Notes under the pieces: model-generated
What the model was told of the DNA's origin: nothing
The model's input: only the letters and a program-made list of their open reading frames with translations
Databases searched by the model: none
Assembly (NCBI RefSeq): GCF_001735745.1
Contig: NZ_CP017260.1
Coordinates: 2,700,001-2,732,000, forward strand
DNA from: Formosa sp. Hel1_33_131
GTDB lineage: Bacteria > Bacteroidota > Bacteroidia > Flavobacteriales > Flavobacteriaceae
Direction of reading: 5' to 3'
DNA length: 32,000 bases
Position numbers and translations under genes: made by a program
Part shown: positions 23,061-32,000 of the stretch, piece after piece
How positions within the stretch are numbered: position 1 is the first letter of the stretch
Layout: the number at the start of each line of letters is the position of its first letter

Positions 23061-23723
23061 TCAGTGTTTCCAATGTTCCAAAAGCTCATAAATATCAAAT
23101 TCATGAAAGGATTTTTGATATTCTAGCCGTCCACTTTGGAATTGACGCTGTAAGATGTCCTCTATCAAATAATCTTCTTCTGAAGTTTTGGGATCAAAAG
23201 GCAATTTTAAAGACATATTAAACAAGCTAGCGGTATTATTATACCAAAAGGCACGCCAACCACTTCTTAAATATTTAATGAGTTCAAAAGCGGTCTCCCC
23301 TGTTTGACGGTGAATTAATTTAATTAAAATTTGACCTTCCGTAATCGTGAACTTTTTGAGCTTTTCAGCAAACTCCCCTTCAATATACTTTTGAACCATG
23401 CGGGTGTACTTCTTTCGTTTCCGCTTACTTTTTAGGTTCAAGATCCGCTCATTCAAGCTTTCCAATCGTTCCGCAGCTAATTTTGCATACGGATATACTT
23501 TAATGGTTTTACGCTGTAAAATTAAATACCGTCGTCTGGATTCATTTGAAGTGAATTTAAGTTTTGGAAGTATATAAACCTCATTTAAATTAATTGAGTT
23601 ATTGGTAATGGTATCTCCAACAATGATTAAATAATTCTCTGGAAGCAAATCTTTTTGTACAGGAAATGTCTGCCCCAAAAGGAGAACAGGGAACCAAAAA
23701 AGAATACAACGAATCAACTTCAT
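23061..23723 (-). CDS. DUF4294-like secreted protein
   Basis: Signal peptide MKLIRCILFWFPVLLLGQ. The central TEGQILIKLIHRQTGETAFELIKYLRSGW resembles Bacteroidota DUF4294. Confidence 0.55.
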   Translation of the reverse strand: MKLIRCILFWFPVLLLGQTFPVQKDLLPENYLIIVGDTITNNSINLNEVYILPKLKFTSNESRRRYLILQRKTIKVYPYAKLAAERLESLNERILNLKSKRKRKKYTRMVQKYIEGEFAEKLKKFTITEGQILIKLIHRQTGETAFELIKYLRSGWRAFWYNNTASLFNMSLKLPFDPKTSEEDYLIEDILQRQFQSGRLEYQKSFHEFDIYELLEHWKH

Positions 23724-23823
23724 AACTAAGTTTACTTGTGGGTTTTCAAACTTACAAAATATGCCTTAATCTTTATGTGAATATCATTCATAATTGTTAT
23801 TTTTAACCAAAATTAAATTCAAA

Positions 23824-24912
23824 ATGGCAAAGAAAACAATCCTAGATAAAAACGCACTTACATTTTTAGAAGATTATCTCAACAATGCAGCCCCAACAGG
23901 CTACGAATGGGACGGTCAAAAACTATGGATGGATTATTTAAAACCCTATGTGGATACCTTTATTACAGATACCTACGGGACCGCTGTGGGTGTCATCAAT
24001 CCAGAGGCGCCTTTTAAGGTCGTGATTGAAGGCCATGCCGATGAAATTTCGTGGTATGTCAACTATATTTCAGATGATGGACTTATTTATGTCATTCGTA
24101 ATGGAGGAAGCGACCACCAAATTGCACCCAGTAAGATCGTTAATATTCACACAAAAAACGGGATTGTAAAAGGCGTTTTTGGATGGCCTGCAATCCATAC
24201 ACGTAGCGCAGCAAAAGAACAAGCGCCTAAGCCGGATAATATTTTTATCGATATTGGATGTAAAACCAAAGAAGCCGTTGATAAACTAGGCGTACATGTC
24301 GGTTGTGTGATTACCTATCCTGACACCTTCCACATACTAAATAAAGATCATTTTGTATGTCGTGCTTTAGACAACCGAATGGGTGGTTTTATGATTGCAC
24401 AAGTAGCCCGCTTATTACACGAAAACAAAAAGACCCTTCCATTTGGATTGTACATCACTAACTCCGTTCAGGAAGAAATTGGACTTCGAGGTGCTGAAAT
24501 GATTACGCATACCATACAACCCAATGTTGCTATTGTAACCGATGTGACGCACGATACCACCACGCCAATGATTGACAAAAAAACGCAAGGACACTGCGAA
24601 ATGGGCAAAGGCCCCGTGATAGCGTATGCCCCTGCGGTTCAACAAAAATTACGTGATTTGATTACAGAGACTGCCGAAGCAAATAAAATTCCATTCCAAC
24701 GTGCAGCACTTTCTAGAGCAACTGGCACAGATACCGATGCTTTTGCTTACAGCAATGGCGGCGTGGCTTCAGCATTGATTTCACTGCCCTTACGATACAT
24801 GCATACCACGGTTGAAATGGTGCACCGTGACGATGTTGAAAATGTGATTAAAATGATTTATGAAACTCTATTAAAAATTAAAGACGGTGAAACATTCTCT
24901 TACTTTGACTAA
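23824..24912 (+). CDS. M42 family metallopeptidase (FrvX/CelM-type aminopeptidase)
   Basis: EGHADEI, RALDNRMGG, SVQEEIGLRGA, VTDVTHD and LRYMHT follow the M42 metal-ligand pattern. The start is set at ATG 23824; the ORF-track start is a TTG. Confidence 0.8.
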   Translation: MAKKTILDKNALTFLEDYLNNAAPTGYEWDGQKLWMDYLKPYVDTFITDTYGTAVGVINPEAPFKVVIEGHADEISWYVNYISDDGLIYVIRNGGSDHQIAPSKIVNIHTKNGIVKGVFGWPAIHTRSAAKEQAPKPDNIFIDIGCKTKEAVDKLGVHVGCVITYPDTFHILNKDHFVCRALDNRMGGFMIAQVARLLHENKKTLPFGLYITNSVQEEIGLRGAEMITHTIQPNVAIVTDVTHDTTTPMIDKKTQGHCEMGKGPVIAYAPAVQQKLRDLITETAEANKIPFQRAALSRATGTDTDAFAYSNGGVASALISLPLRYMHTTVEMVHRDDVENVIKMIYETLLKIKDGETFSYFD

Positions 24913-24918
24913 TTTGTA

Positions 24919-25467
24919 GTGGAAGAATATTTAGATATTTGGAATTCTGAAGGGCAACCAACAGGCAAAATAGGCACAAAAGATGAAGCCCATCAAAAGG
25001 GTTGGTTCCATCCTACTGTGCATGTTTGGTTTTACACCCCTGCTCCTGCCCTTTTACTCCAAAAACGAGGTCTATCAAAACAAACGTTCCCAGGGTTTTG
25101 GGACGTTTCTGTTGCGGGGCATGTCAGTGCTGGAGAATCCATCTTAGAAGGCGCACTTCGCGAAGTCAATGAAGAGATCGGCTTGGACATTCAAGCCTCT
25201 GATTTAGTACCCCTAGACATTCGGAAAAACACCAATCGTTTTGACAATGGTGTTATAGACTGTGAATTTCAACATGTGTTTTTAGTGAAATTGGAAACTC
25301 CCATTTCTCAACTGCACATTCAAAAAACGGAGGTGGATGCCGTACGGCTGTTTTCTTTTGAAGAACTCCAAAACTGCATGCTTCAAAAGCATCCCAATTA
25401 TAAGATTGTCCCTGCCGATATGAGCTATTACCAATTTGTGATGGATGCGGTGTTGAAAATCTTCTAA
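24919..25467 (+). CDS. NUDIX hydrolase
   Basis: NUDIX box GHVSAGESILEGALREVNEEIGL. GTG start at 24919; no in-frame ATG lies upstream of the conserved region. Confidence 0.8.
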   Translation: MEEYLDIWNSEGQPTGKIGTKDEAHQKGWFHPTVHVWFYTPAPALLLQKRGLSKQTFPGFWDVSVAGHVSAGESILEGALREVNEEIGLDIQASDLVPLDIRKNTNRFDNGVIDCEFQHVFLVKLETPISQLHIQKTEVDAVRLFSFEELQNCMLQKHPNYKIVPADMSYYQFVMDAVLKIF

Positions 25468-25486
25468 TTAACACTAATTTTGCCGA

Positions 25487-26686
25487 ATGCAAAATCAACC
25501 TGCCCTCAAAATAGAGTTTGTAGCCATCATGGCACTGTTAATGTCTTTAGTGGCACTGTCTATTGATGGCATCCTCCCTGCCCTCGCCGTGATTGGAAAC
25601 GACCTGGGGGTGACTGATACGAAAGATCACCAATTACTGATTACCATGATTTTTCTTGGATTGGGGTTTGGACAATTAATTTTTGGCCCTTTATCAGATA
25701 GTTACGGTCGAAAACCAATTATCTATGTGGGATTTTTAGTGTTTGCAGTGGCAAGTATTATTTGTGTGAATACAAACTCTTATGAAGTGTTAATTGCAGG
25801 TCGCATTTTGCAAGGGATTGGATTGGCATCGCCACGTACTTTAAGTATTGCTATGATTCGCGATTCGTATGAAGGCGATTATATGGCCAAAGTCATGTCG
25901 TTTATTGTCATGATATTTATTCTCATTCCGATCGTAGCCCCCACGCTTGGACAGTTTTTAATGCTCACCTACAATTGGCAAGCCATTTTTAATGTACAAT
26001 TAGGACTCGGAATGTTGGTTATTTTTTGGTTTTGGAAACGGCAGCCTGAAACGTTGGCACTTTCAAATCGGATTCCTTTTAGAACTTCAACCTTAGTTTC
26101 TGGATTCAAAGAATTTTTTAAACACAAACAAGCCGTTGCTTTTACCTTAATATCTGGATTTATCACAGGTTCGTTTATGGTGTATTTGAGTACCAGTCAA
26201 TACATCTTTGAAGTTCAGTATGACTTAGGAGAAGATTTCCCTTTGATCTTTGCGAGTTTGGCAGTAGGTGTGGGTTTTGCAACCTATATGAACGGAGTCT
26301 TTGTGGTCAGAATTGGCATGAAACGCATTGCATTAATTTCTTTAGCGGGCTATACCTTGAGTTCTTTAATCTATGTGTTAATGTTCTTCAATCAAATAAA
26401 TCCTACGCTTTGGGTGTTACTCATCTTTTTTGCTTTACAGTTTACTGCTGTTGGATTTTTGTTTGGAAACCTTAGAGCTTTGGCCATGCAACCGATTGGG
26501 CATATTGCTGGAGTTGGGGCTGCTGTCAATGGGTTTATTTCAACCGTGATGGGCGTATTAATTGCCAGTATTATAGGTGCTTATGTTAGCGCCACCGTCT
26601 GGCCGTTGTTTTTAGGATTTACGGGATGTGGTTTTGCTTCTATGGTGATTTTTCTTCTTAACAAACCCTTGGAACGTACGATTTAA
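25487..26686 (+). CDS. MFS transporter, Bcr/CflA-type drug efflux family
   Basis: About 12 TM helices with the MFS loop motif GPLSDSYGRKP between TM2 and TM3. Confidence 0.75.
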   Translation: MQNQPALKIEFVAIMALLMSLVALSIDGILPALAVIGNDLGVTDTKDHQLLITMIFLGLGFGQLIFGPLSDSYGRKPIIYVGFLVFAVASIICVNTNSYEVLIAGRILQGIGLASPRTLSIAMIRDSYEGDYMAKVMSFIVMIFILIPIVAPTLGQFLMLTYNWQAIFNVQLGLGMLVIFWFWKRQPETLALSNRIPFRTSTLVSGFKEFFKHKQAVAFTLISGFITGSFMVYLSTSQYIFEVQYDLGEDFPLIFASLAVGVGFATYMNGVFVVRIGMKRIALISLAGYTLSSLIYVLMFFNQINPTLWVLLIFFALQFTAVGFLFGNLRALAMQPIGHIAGVGAAVNGFISTVMGVLIASIIGAYVSATVWPLFLGFTGCGFASMVIFLLNKPLERTI

Positions 26687-27729
26687 AACGCTCCAGTATC
26701 CACATCTTTGATAAATTTGATCAAGCCTTCAAAATAGATTTTTTGATCGTCAAATTGCGAAAGGTGACTCCCGTTAGGACATAATAAAAAACGACCGTTT
26801 TGAACTTCTTCAGAGATAAACTTCATTTGTTCGGGATCCATCGTATCATATGTGGCACCAATACTCAAAGTCGGGACTGTAATTTTATGCAAGTCTGCCT
26901 TCACATCCCAATACTTTAAGTTGGCATCGCCTTTGATTCCAAATTCACTTGGACCTTGCATGGTTACATATACATCGTGGTTGATATGTTTAAAGCTTCT
27001 ATTTAAGGGTTCAGGCCATTCGGCTACTGGCAATCGAATGATGTGTTCGGTATAGTAGTTATTGACCACCAATTCCATATAACGTGCGTTGGTATAATCT
27101 TCCTTAGCCTCGTACACCATGATTTCCTTCAATACTTCAGGATCTAGTTTAGGTGCTAACACTTCATCTGAATACTTTTGATAATCAGGGATGGAAGGTA
27201 CCATATTAGAAATGATCAATCCTTTTAAGTGCTGCTGATATTTCAATGCATATTGCATGCCTAAAATACCGCCCCACGATTGTCCATACAAATAAAAATT
27301 ATCGTTAGTCAAGCCCAAAGCAATGCGTACTTGTTCTACTTCTTCCACAAAACGATCTAAATCCCAAAGAGATAAGTCTTTTGGTTGATCGCTGTAATAA
27401 GACCCCAATTGATCGTAATAATAATATTCGATGCCTTCGTTTGGAATGTAGCCATCAAAAGATTCATAAATTTCATGCGTCATTCCAGGCCCTCCATGTA
27501 ATAAAAGTACTTTCATGGTTGGATTGTTTCCAACACGCTTGGTCCACACATTGAACTCCCCTTTTGGGGTTGAAATGGGAATCATTTTAATACCCCCTAA
27601 ATATTGATCCTCTTTTTGAGAACTGTCTAAATAGTCGGAGTCTGAAGTATTAATAGATGTTTTAATTTCTGTTTTACAAGCTGTTAACAGAAAAGAAAAA
27701 AGAAGAATGTACACTAAATTGGTTTGCAT
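26683..27729 (-). CDS. Proline iminopeptidase-family alpha/beta hydrolase lipoprotein
   Basis: Lipobox LLFSFLLTAC. Oxyanion motif LLLHGGPGMTH and nucleophile elbow GQSWGG. Confidence 0.8.
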   Translation of the reverse strand: MQTNLVYILLFSFLLTACKTEIKTSINTSDSDYLDSSQKEDQYLGGIKMIPISTPKGEFNVWTKRVGNNPTMKVLLLHGGPGMTHEIYESFDGYIPNEGIEYYYYDQLGSYYSDQPKDLSLWDLDRFVEEVEQVRIALGLTNDNFYLYGQSWGGILGMQYALKYQQHLKGLIISNMVPSIPDYQKYSDEVLAPKLDPEVLKEIMVYEAKEDYTNARYMELVVNNYYTEHIIRLPVAEWPEPLNRSFKHINHDVYVTMQGPSEFGIKGDANLKYWDVKADLHKITVPTLSIGATYDTMDPEQMKFISEEVQNGRFLLCPNGSHLSQFDDQKIYFEGLIKFIKDVDTGAF

Positions 27730-27759
27730 TGTGATTAGATTTTAAGTAAATATAAGTGT

Positions 27760-29661
27760 TTAAAGTGAATTTTTCATGATTGTTTCCACCACTTCCGGGT
27801 TTAGCAAGGTGCTGATGTCTCCTAAATTAGAAGTATCCTTACTGGCAATTTTACGAAGAATCCGACGCATAATTTTACCAGAACGTGTTTTTGGAAGTCC
27901 TGAAGTAAACTGAATTTTATCAAGTTTTGCGATAGGCCCAATTTGTTTACTAATCAATTGATTGATTTCGGCTTTTAAACTATCATTAGAGATATCCGAA
28001 TTTTTTAAGGTTACAAATCCGTACAAAGCACTGCCTTTTATATCGTGAGGATACCCCACAATCGCCGATTCCGCTACGTTTGGATGCTCATTAATCGCAT
28101 CTTCGATAGGAGCCGTTCCAAGGTTGTGTCCCGATACAATAATGACATCATCCACCCGACCTGTAATCCGATAATGCCCATTTTCATCTCTTAGTGCGCC
28201 ATCGCCTGTAAAATACTTTTGATCGTAAGCAGAGAAATACGTCTCTTTATAGCGTTGATGATTTCCCCAAATAGTACGTGCCATAGATGGCCAGGGGAAT
28301 TTAATACACAAACGTCCTTCGACAGAATTGCCCTCTAACTCTACCCCATTTTCATCCATCAATGCGGGTTGAATTCCCATAAATGGCAGGGTTGCAAACG
28401 CTGGTTTTCCTTCGAAACTGTTGGGGATGGGGGAAATCATAATCCCTCCCGTTTCGGTTTGCCACCAAGTATCCACAATAGGACATTTATTTTTTCCGAT
28501 ATGGTCATTGTACCAATGCCAAGCTTCTTCATTAATGGGTTCTCCGACCGTTCCTAGAATTTTTAAAGACGATAAATCATAAGGAGTCACCACCTCTAAA
28601 CCTTCTTTAGCCAACGCTCTTATGGCAGTGGGTGCGGTATAAAATTGGGTCACCTTATGTTTTTCGACAATGGACCAAAAACGACCGTAATCAGGGTAAC
28701 TCGGCACACCTTCAAACATCAAGGTCGTAGCGCCGTTTAACAGTGGTCCATACACAATATAACTGTGGCCCGTAATCCAACCAATATCGGCCGTACACCA
28801 ATAAACATCATTAGGTTCGTATTGAAATATATTTTTAAAGGTATAGGCGGTATATACCATATAACCCGCAGTGGTGTGAACCATTCCTTTAGGTTGCCCT
28901 GTGGAACCCGATGTATATAATATAAAGAGCGGATCTTCAGCATCCATAACGGTCGCTTCGCATTTTTCAGAAGCAGTATCTAAAAGTGGTTGCAACCAAA
29001 AATCTCTCCCTGAAACCATCGGAATATCGCTGTGAATACGTTTGGCAACGAGTACCGATTCAATACCATCACAGTCCAAAAGTGCCGTATCCACAATCGA
29101 TTTTAAATCAATTGTTTTGGCACCACGGTAACCACCATCACTGGTAATAACCATTTTACAGTCGCAATCGTTGATGCGGGTGGATAAGGCCGTTGCTGAG
29201 AACCCTGCAAAAACCACCGAGTGAATAGCGCCTATTCGGGCACATGCCAATACTGAAATTGCGAGTTCTGGAATCATGGGCAAGTAAATACAAACCCGAT
29301 CCCCTTTTTGGATGCCTTTGGAATTTAATACATTGGCAAACTGATTGACACGTTTGTGTAATTCGTTATAAGTAATCGCTTCGGAAGGTTCGTTTGGATT
29401 GTTAGGCTCAAATAAAATGGCTGTTTTATCCCCCTTAGTTTCCAAATGGCGGTCGATACAATTTTCGGTAATATTGAGTTGTGCACCTTCAAACCAACTG
29501 ACTTTTGGGATGGAAAAATCCCAATCTAAAACCTTGCTCCAAGGACGTTTCCAAGTGAAGTTTTTCTTTGCAATGGTCGCCCAAAATTCCTCAGGGTTCT
29601 GAATAGCAGCACTATAGTTTTTATTGTAGTCTTCTGAATTTTTAATTTCGAATTTAATCAT
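27760..29661 (-). CDS. acs: Acetyl-CoA synthetase (acetate--CoA ligase)
   Basis: 633 aa. AMP-binding signature YTSGSTGQPKG, WWQTETGG and SGKIMRRILRKIA, colinear with Acs. Confidence 0.93.
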   Translation of the reverse strand: MIKFEIKNSEDYNKNYSAAIQNPEEFWATIAKKNFTWKRPWSKVLDWDFSIPKVSWFEGAQLNITENCIDRHLETKGDKTAILFEPNNPNEPSEAITYNELHKRVNQFANVLNSKGIQKGDRVCIYLPMIPELAISVLACARIGAIHSVVFAGFSATALSTRINDCDCKMVITSDGGYRGAKTIDLKSIVDTALLDCDGIESVLVAKRIHSDIPMVSGRDFWLQPLLDTASEKCEATVMDAEDPLFILYTSGSTGQPKGMVHTTAGYMVYTAYTFKNIFQYEPNDVYWCTADIGWITGHSYIVYGPLLNGATTLMFEGVPSYPDYGRFWSIVEKHKVTQFYTAPTAIRALAKEGLEVVTPYDLSSLKILGTVGEPINEEAWHWYNDHIGKNKCPIVDTWWQTETGGIMISPIPNSFEGKPAFATLPFMGIQPALMDENGVELEGNSVEGRLCIKFPWPSMARTIWGNHQRYKETYFSAYDQKYFTGDGALRDENGHYRITGRVDDVIIVSGHNLGTAPIEDAINEHPNVAESAIVGYPHDIKGSALYGFVTLKNSDISNDSLKAEINQLISKQIGPIAKLDKIQFTSGLPKTRSGKIMRRILRKIASKDTSNLGDISTLLNPEVVETIMKNSL

Positions 29662-29710
29662 GTTTATAAAATTAAGTCCCTAAAGTAATACAATTCGCTC
29701 AATCTTTTTA

Positions 29711-29718
29711 TACATTTG
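29711..29718 (+). promoter_or_regulatory. Bacteroidota -7 promoter box (TACATTTG)
   Basis: Exact TAnnTTTG match 30 nt upstream of ATG 29749. It sits in the loop of the inverted repeat ATCTTTT/AAAAGAT. Confidence 0.45.
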
Positions 29719-29748
29719 AAAAGATTAACCAATTAGAGCAACATTAAA

Positions 29749-30948
29749 ATGAATTTTAAAAATATTCTGCAGGTTTCCTTATTATATTTTATTTTACAAA
29801 GTTGTTCATCGAATGATACCTCCACGACCCCCACAGACCCAACAGATAATCTTGAAACCCCAGTTGATTTATCTTCTTATTTTTCCGTGGAATTTGATGC
29901 CTTGCCTAACTATGCCAATCAAGACATTCCAAATTATATCACAAAAGACAATACACCTGCAGCAAATCCAATTACAGATGAGGGTGCTATTTTAGGACGT
30001 GTTTTGTTTTATGACACCAACCTTTCTTCCGATAATACAGTGGCTTGTGCTAGTTGCCATGTTCAAAGTGAGGCTTTTGGCGATGCCGATATAGCGAGTG
30101 TTGGGATTAATGGCACTACAGGAAGACATTCAATGCGTTTGGTGAACAATCGTTTTGCGAATGGAAATGAATTTTTCTGGGACAAACGTGCGGCAACTTT
30201 GGAAGCTCAAACAACCCAACCAATTCAGGACCATATTGAAATGGGCTTTAGTGGTGAAAATGGCGATTTAAGTTTTGACGATTTACTCACAAAACTAGAA
30301 AGTATTCCCTACTACCCTGTATTATTCTCCAATGCTTTTGGAACGGAAACTATTTCAGAAGACCGAATCCAGCAAGTACTTGCACAATTTGTGAGAAGTA
30401 TTCAATCCTTTGACAGTAAATATGACCAAGGTCGTTCCCTCGCTGCAAACAATAACCAGCCTTTTCCAAATTTTTCAGCTTTAGAAAACACAGGAAAACA
30501 ACTATTTAACCAACCTCCTGTTTTTAATAATACCGGAATGCGAATCAATGGAGGAGTTGGCTGTGCTGGATGCCATCAGGCACCTGAGTTTGATGTAGAT
30601 CCCAATTCGCTTAACAATGGTGTTATTGGAACAATCAGTGGAATCGGAACCGATTTGATCAGTACAAGAGCTCCTAGCCTTAGAGATGTTGTAAAACAAA
30701 ATGGAGACACCAATGGAAGCTTTATGCACAATGGTGCTTTTGTGGAGCTAATAGACGTTATCAATCACTACAATGTTATTGATGGGACAGGGAATAACAA
30801 TTTAGACCCAAGGCTTCGCCCAGCAGGAAATCCACAACGATTGAATATGACTCCTAATGAAAAAAATGCATTGGTAGCATTTATGGAAACATTAAGCGGC
30901 GCGGATCTTTACACAAATTCCAAATGGAGTAACCCTTTTATTGATTAA
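29749..30948 (+). CDS. Di-haem cytochrome c peroxidase family lipoprotein (CCP/MauG-like)
   Basis: Lipobox ILQSC. Two CxxCH haem motifs: CASCH and CAGCH. Confidence 0.8.
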   Translation: MNFKNILQVSLLYFILQSCSSNDTSTTPTDPTDNLETPVDLSSYFSVEFDALPNYANQDIPNYITKDNTPAANPITDEGAILGRVLFYDTNLSSDNTVACASCHVQSEAFGDADIASVGINGTTGRHSMRLVNNRFANGNEFFWDKRAATLEAQTTQPIQDHIEMGFSGENGDLSFDDLLTKLESIPYYPVLFSNAFGTETISEDRIQQVLAQFVRSIQSFDSKYDQGRSLAANNNQPFPNFSALENTGKQLFNQPPVFNNTGMRINGGVGCAGCHQAPEFDVDPNSLNNGVIGTISGIGTDLISTRAPSLRDVVKQNGDTNGSFMHNGAFVELIDVINHYNVIDGTGNNNLDPRLRPAGNPQRLNMTPNEKNALVAFMETLSGADLYTNSKWSNPFID

Positions 30949-30986
30949 TCCTTTTTAATTAAAACTCATTTTCGATTTTAATACTC

Positions 30987-30994
30987 TAACTTTG
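30987..30994 (+). promoter_or_regulatory. Bacteroidota -7 promoter box (TAACTTTG), first of two tandem copies
   Basis: TAACTTTGC occurs at 30987 and again at 31009, a 22-nt spacing. The first copy is placed appropriately for the TTG start at 31014. Confidence 0.4.
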
Positions 30995-31013
30995 CGGTTA
31001 AACCAATTTAACT

Positions 31014-32000
31014 TTGCAATTAAAACGTCTCTACTTCATTGACGCTATAAGAGCCTTTGCGATCTTAATGATGCTTCAAGGTCATTTTATAGACACATTA
31101 TTAGCGGTCGAATATCGAGATGCTAACAACTTAGCTTTTAATACTTGGAAGTATTTTAGAGGCATCACTGCGCCAGTGTTTTTTACAATTTCAGGATTAA
31201 TTTTTACGTATTTACTTCTAAAAGCTAAAGAAAAAGGTACACTCAACTTTCGAATGCGAAAGGGAGTCGTTCGAGGACTAATGTTGATTGGGATTGGCTA
31301 TGCACTTCGAATTCCACTTTTCAGATGGCTCACAGGGTCTTTTGGAACTTATTTTATGGTGATTGATGTATTGCAGATTATTGGACTCTCACTAATTTTG
31401 ATTGTGGGTGTGTATATCCTCACTCAAAAGAAGACCTTATTATTTTCTATTACCATGCTTTGTTTGGGAACTTTAGTGTTTCTAACCGAACCCTTTTATA
31501 GAACCTTTACAGCGGAAGGCATCCCCTTACTGTTTGCCAATTATCTTACAAAAGTAAATGGGTCTGTATTTACAATTGTCCCTTGGTTTGGTTACATGGC
31601 CTATGGTGCTTTTATTGCGACCTTATTTTATGGTTATTTATTACATCCACGGTTTAAAACTGCCATTGTAACTGGATTTTTTACGGTAGGTTTTGGTTTG
31701 ATTCTTGGGTCTTCCGCCTTCTTACATTGGCTTGCAACAACATCCGATTTTATACTCTTCTCCGAAGTTGCTAACTATAATTATTTATTTGTTCGACTTG
31801 GAAATGTTCTAATACTATTTGGATTGTTTTATGCCTTAGAATCCTATTTAAAACATGCTGTAATTTTAAAAATTGGACAAAAAACTCTTTCCATTTATGT
31901 GTTACACTTTATTCTTCTTTACGGAAGTTTTACAGGCTTGGGCCTTAACAAAATCTTTGGGAAAAACTTAAGCCCATTTCAAGCAATTACAGGTGCCCTT
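31014..32000 (+). CDS. DUF1624 / heparan-alpha-glucosaminide N-acetyltransferase-like membrane acyltransferase (3' end beyond the window)
   Basis: The frame is open from the stop at 30999-31001 to the window end (329 codons) and is absent from the ORF track because it has no stop. The N-terminus (KRLYFIDAIRAFAILMMLQGHF) matches the conserved R..D..R....M..H start of the family, which requires the TTG start at 31014. Multiple TM segments follow. Confidence 0.65.
   Translation, partial: MQLKRLYFIDAIRAFAILMMLQGHFIDTLLAVEYRDANNLAFNTWKYFRGITAPVFFTISGLIFTYLLLKAKEKGTLNFRMRKGVVRGLMLIGIGYALRIPLFRWLTGSFGTYFMVIDVLQIIGLSLILIVGVYILTQKKTLLFSITMLCLGTLVFLTEPFYRTFTAEGIPLLFANYLTKVNGSVFTIVPWFGYMAYGAFIATLFYGYLLHPRFKTAIVTGFFTVGFGLILGSSAFLHWLATTSDFILFSEVANYNYLFVRLGNVLILFGLFYALESYLKHAVILKIGQKTLSIYVLHFILLYGSFTGLGLNKIFGKNLSPFQAITGAL

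Noticed and set aside
24415-25498. Minus-strand ORFs 24415-24645 and 25253-25498
   Set aside because: Antisense to the M42 peptidase and NUDIX genes; shadow ORFs.
25969-27055. ORFs 25969-26166 (minus) and 26852-27055 (plus)
   Set aside because: Antisense to the MFS transporter and iminopeptidase genes respectively.
28369-29602. ORFs 28369-28557 (plus), 28737-28943 (minus, alternate frame) and 29399-29602 (plus) within acs
   Set aside because: acs is unambiguous across its full length. These are overlapping or antisense frames without motifs.
29813-30764. ORFs 29813-29995 (plus, alternate frame), 30502-30729 and 30576-30764 (minus)
   Set aside because: They lie within or antisense to the cytochrome c peroxidase gene, which is supported by two CxxCH motifs.
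1-32000. Search by eye for tRNA, rRNA, CRISPR arrays, riboswitches (including a THI-box near the ThiE-like gene) and additional integrase or recombinase genes
   Set aside because: No regularly spaced repeat arrays were found, and no tRNA-like T-arm (GGTTCGAAT-type) or rRNA motifs in the intergenic regions. The ThiE-like gene has only a 30-nt upstream gap. The only recombinase is the IS3 transposase. A covariance-model scan (tRNAscan-SE, Infernal/Rfam) would be needed to be definitive.

Overview
A low-GC chromosomal segment that looks like Bacteroidota, probably Flavobacteriia. The evidence is repeated TAnnTTTG -7 promoter boxes, no Shine-Dalgarno sequences, a T9SS C-terminal sorting domain and DUF4268/DUF4294-type genes. 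Most of the window is tightly packed housekeeping genes: acs, rlmF, three full-length SF2 RNA helicases, a CspA-family cold-shock protein, a J-domain/KTSC protein, CIA30, a THUMP RNA methyltransferase, a ZIP transporter, an M42 peptidase, NUDIX, an MFS exporter, a proline iminopeptidase-family hydrolase and a di-haem cytochrome c peroxidase. Three accessory or unusual loci stand out. (1) An intact 1221-bp IS3-family element (388-1608) has 32-bp inverted repeats (IRs), an A_AAA_AAG -1 frameshift site and no target-site duplication, and it abuts an orphan signal-peptide ORF. (2) A three-gene, translationally coupled photolyase/cryptochrome operon (6195->2365, minus strand) starts with a gene that appears to encode a circularly permuted photolyase homologue. 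(3) An AT-rich two-gene restriction-modification island (7772-11163) has an atypical C5-cytosine methyltransferase. It carries an N-terminal integrase-type Arm DNA-binding domain and a ~200-aa internal insertion, and four phased CGGACA repeats precede the gene. Its partner nuclease has a MutH/MvaI-BcnI-like PD..ExK core behind an unassigned N-terminal domain. This island is my best candidate for something undescribed. Other oddities are a Tat-signal plus T9SS-CTD intradiol dioxygenase-like protein, a stand-alone degenerate DEAD-box domain-1 protein, three 12-bp direct repeats phased at 20-21 bp between convergent genes, and three convergent gene pairs sharing overlapping stop codons. I found no rRNA, tRNA or CRISPR array. 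All homology calls come from motif recognition by eye, not database searches.
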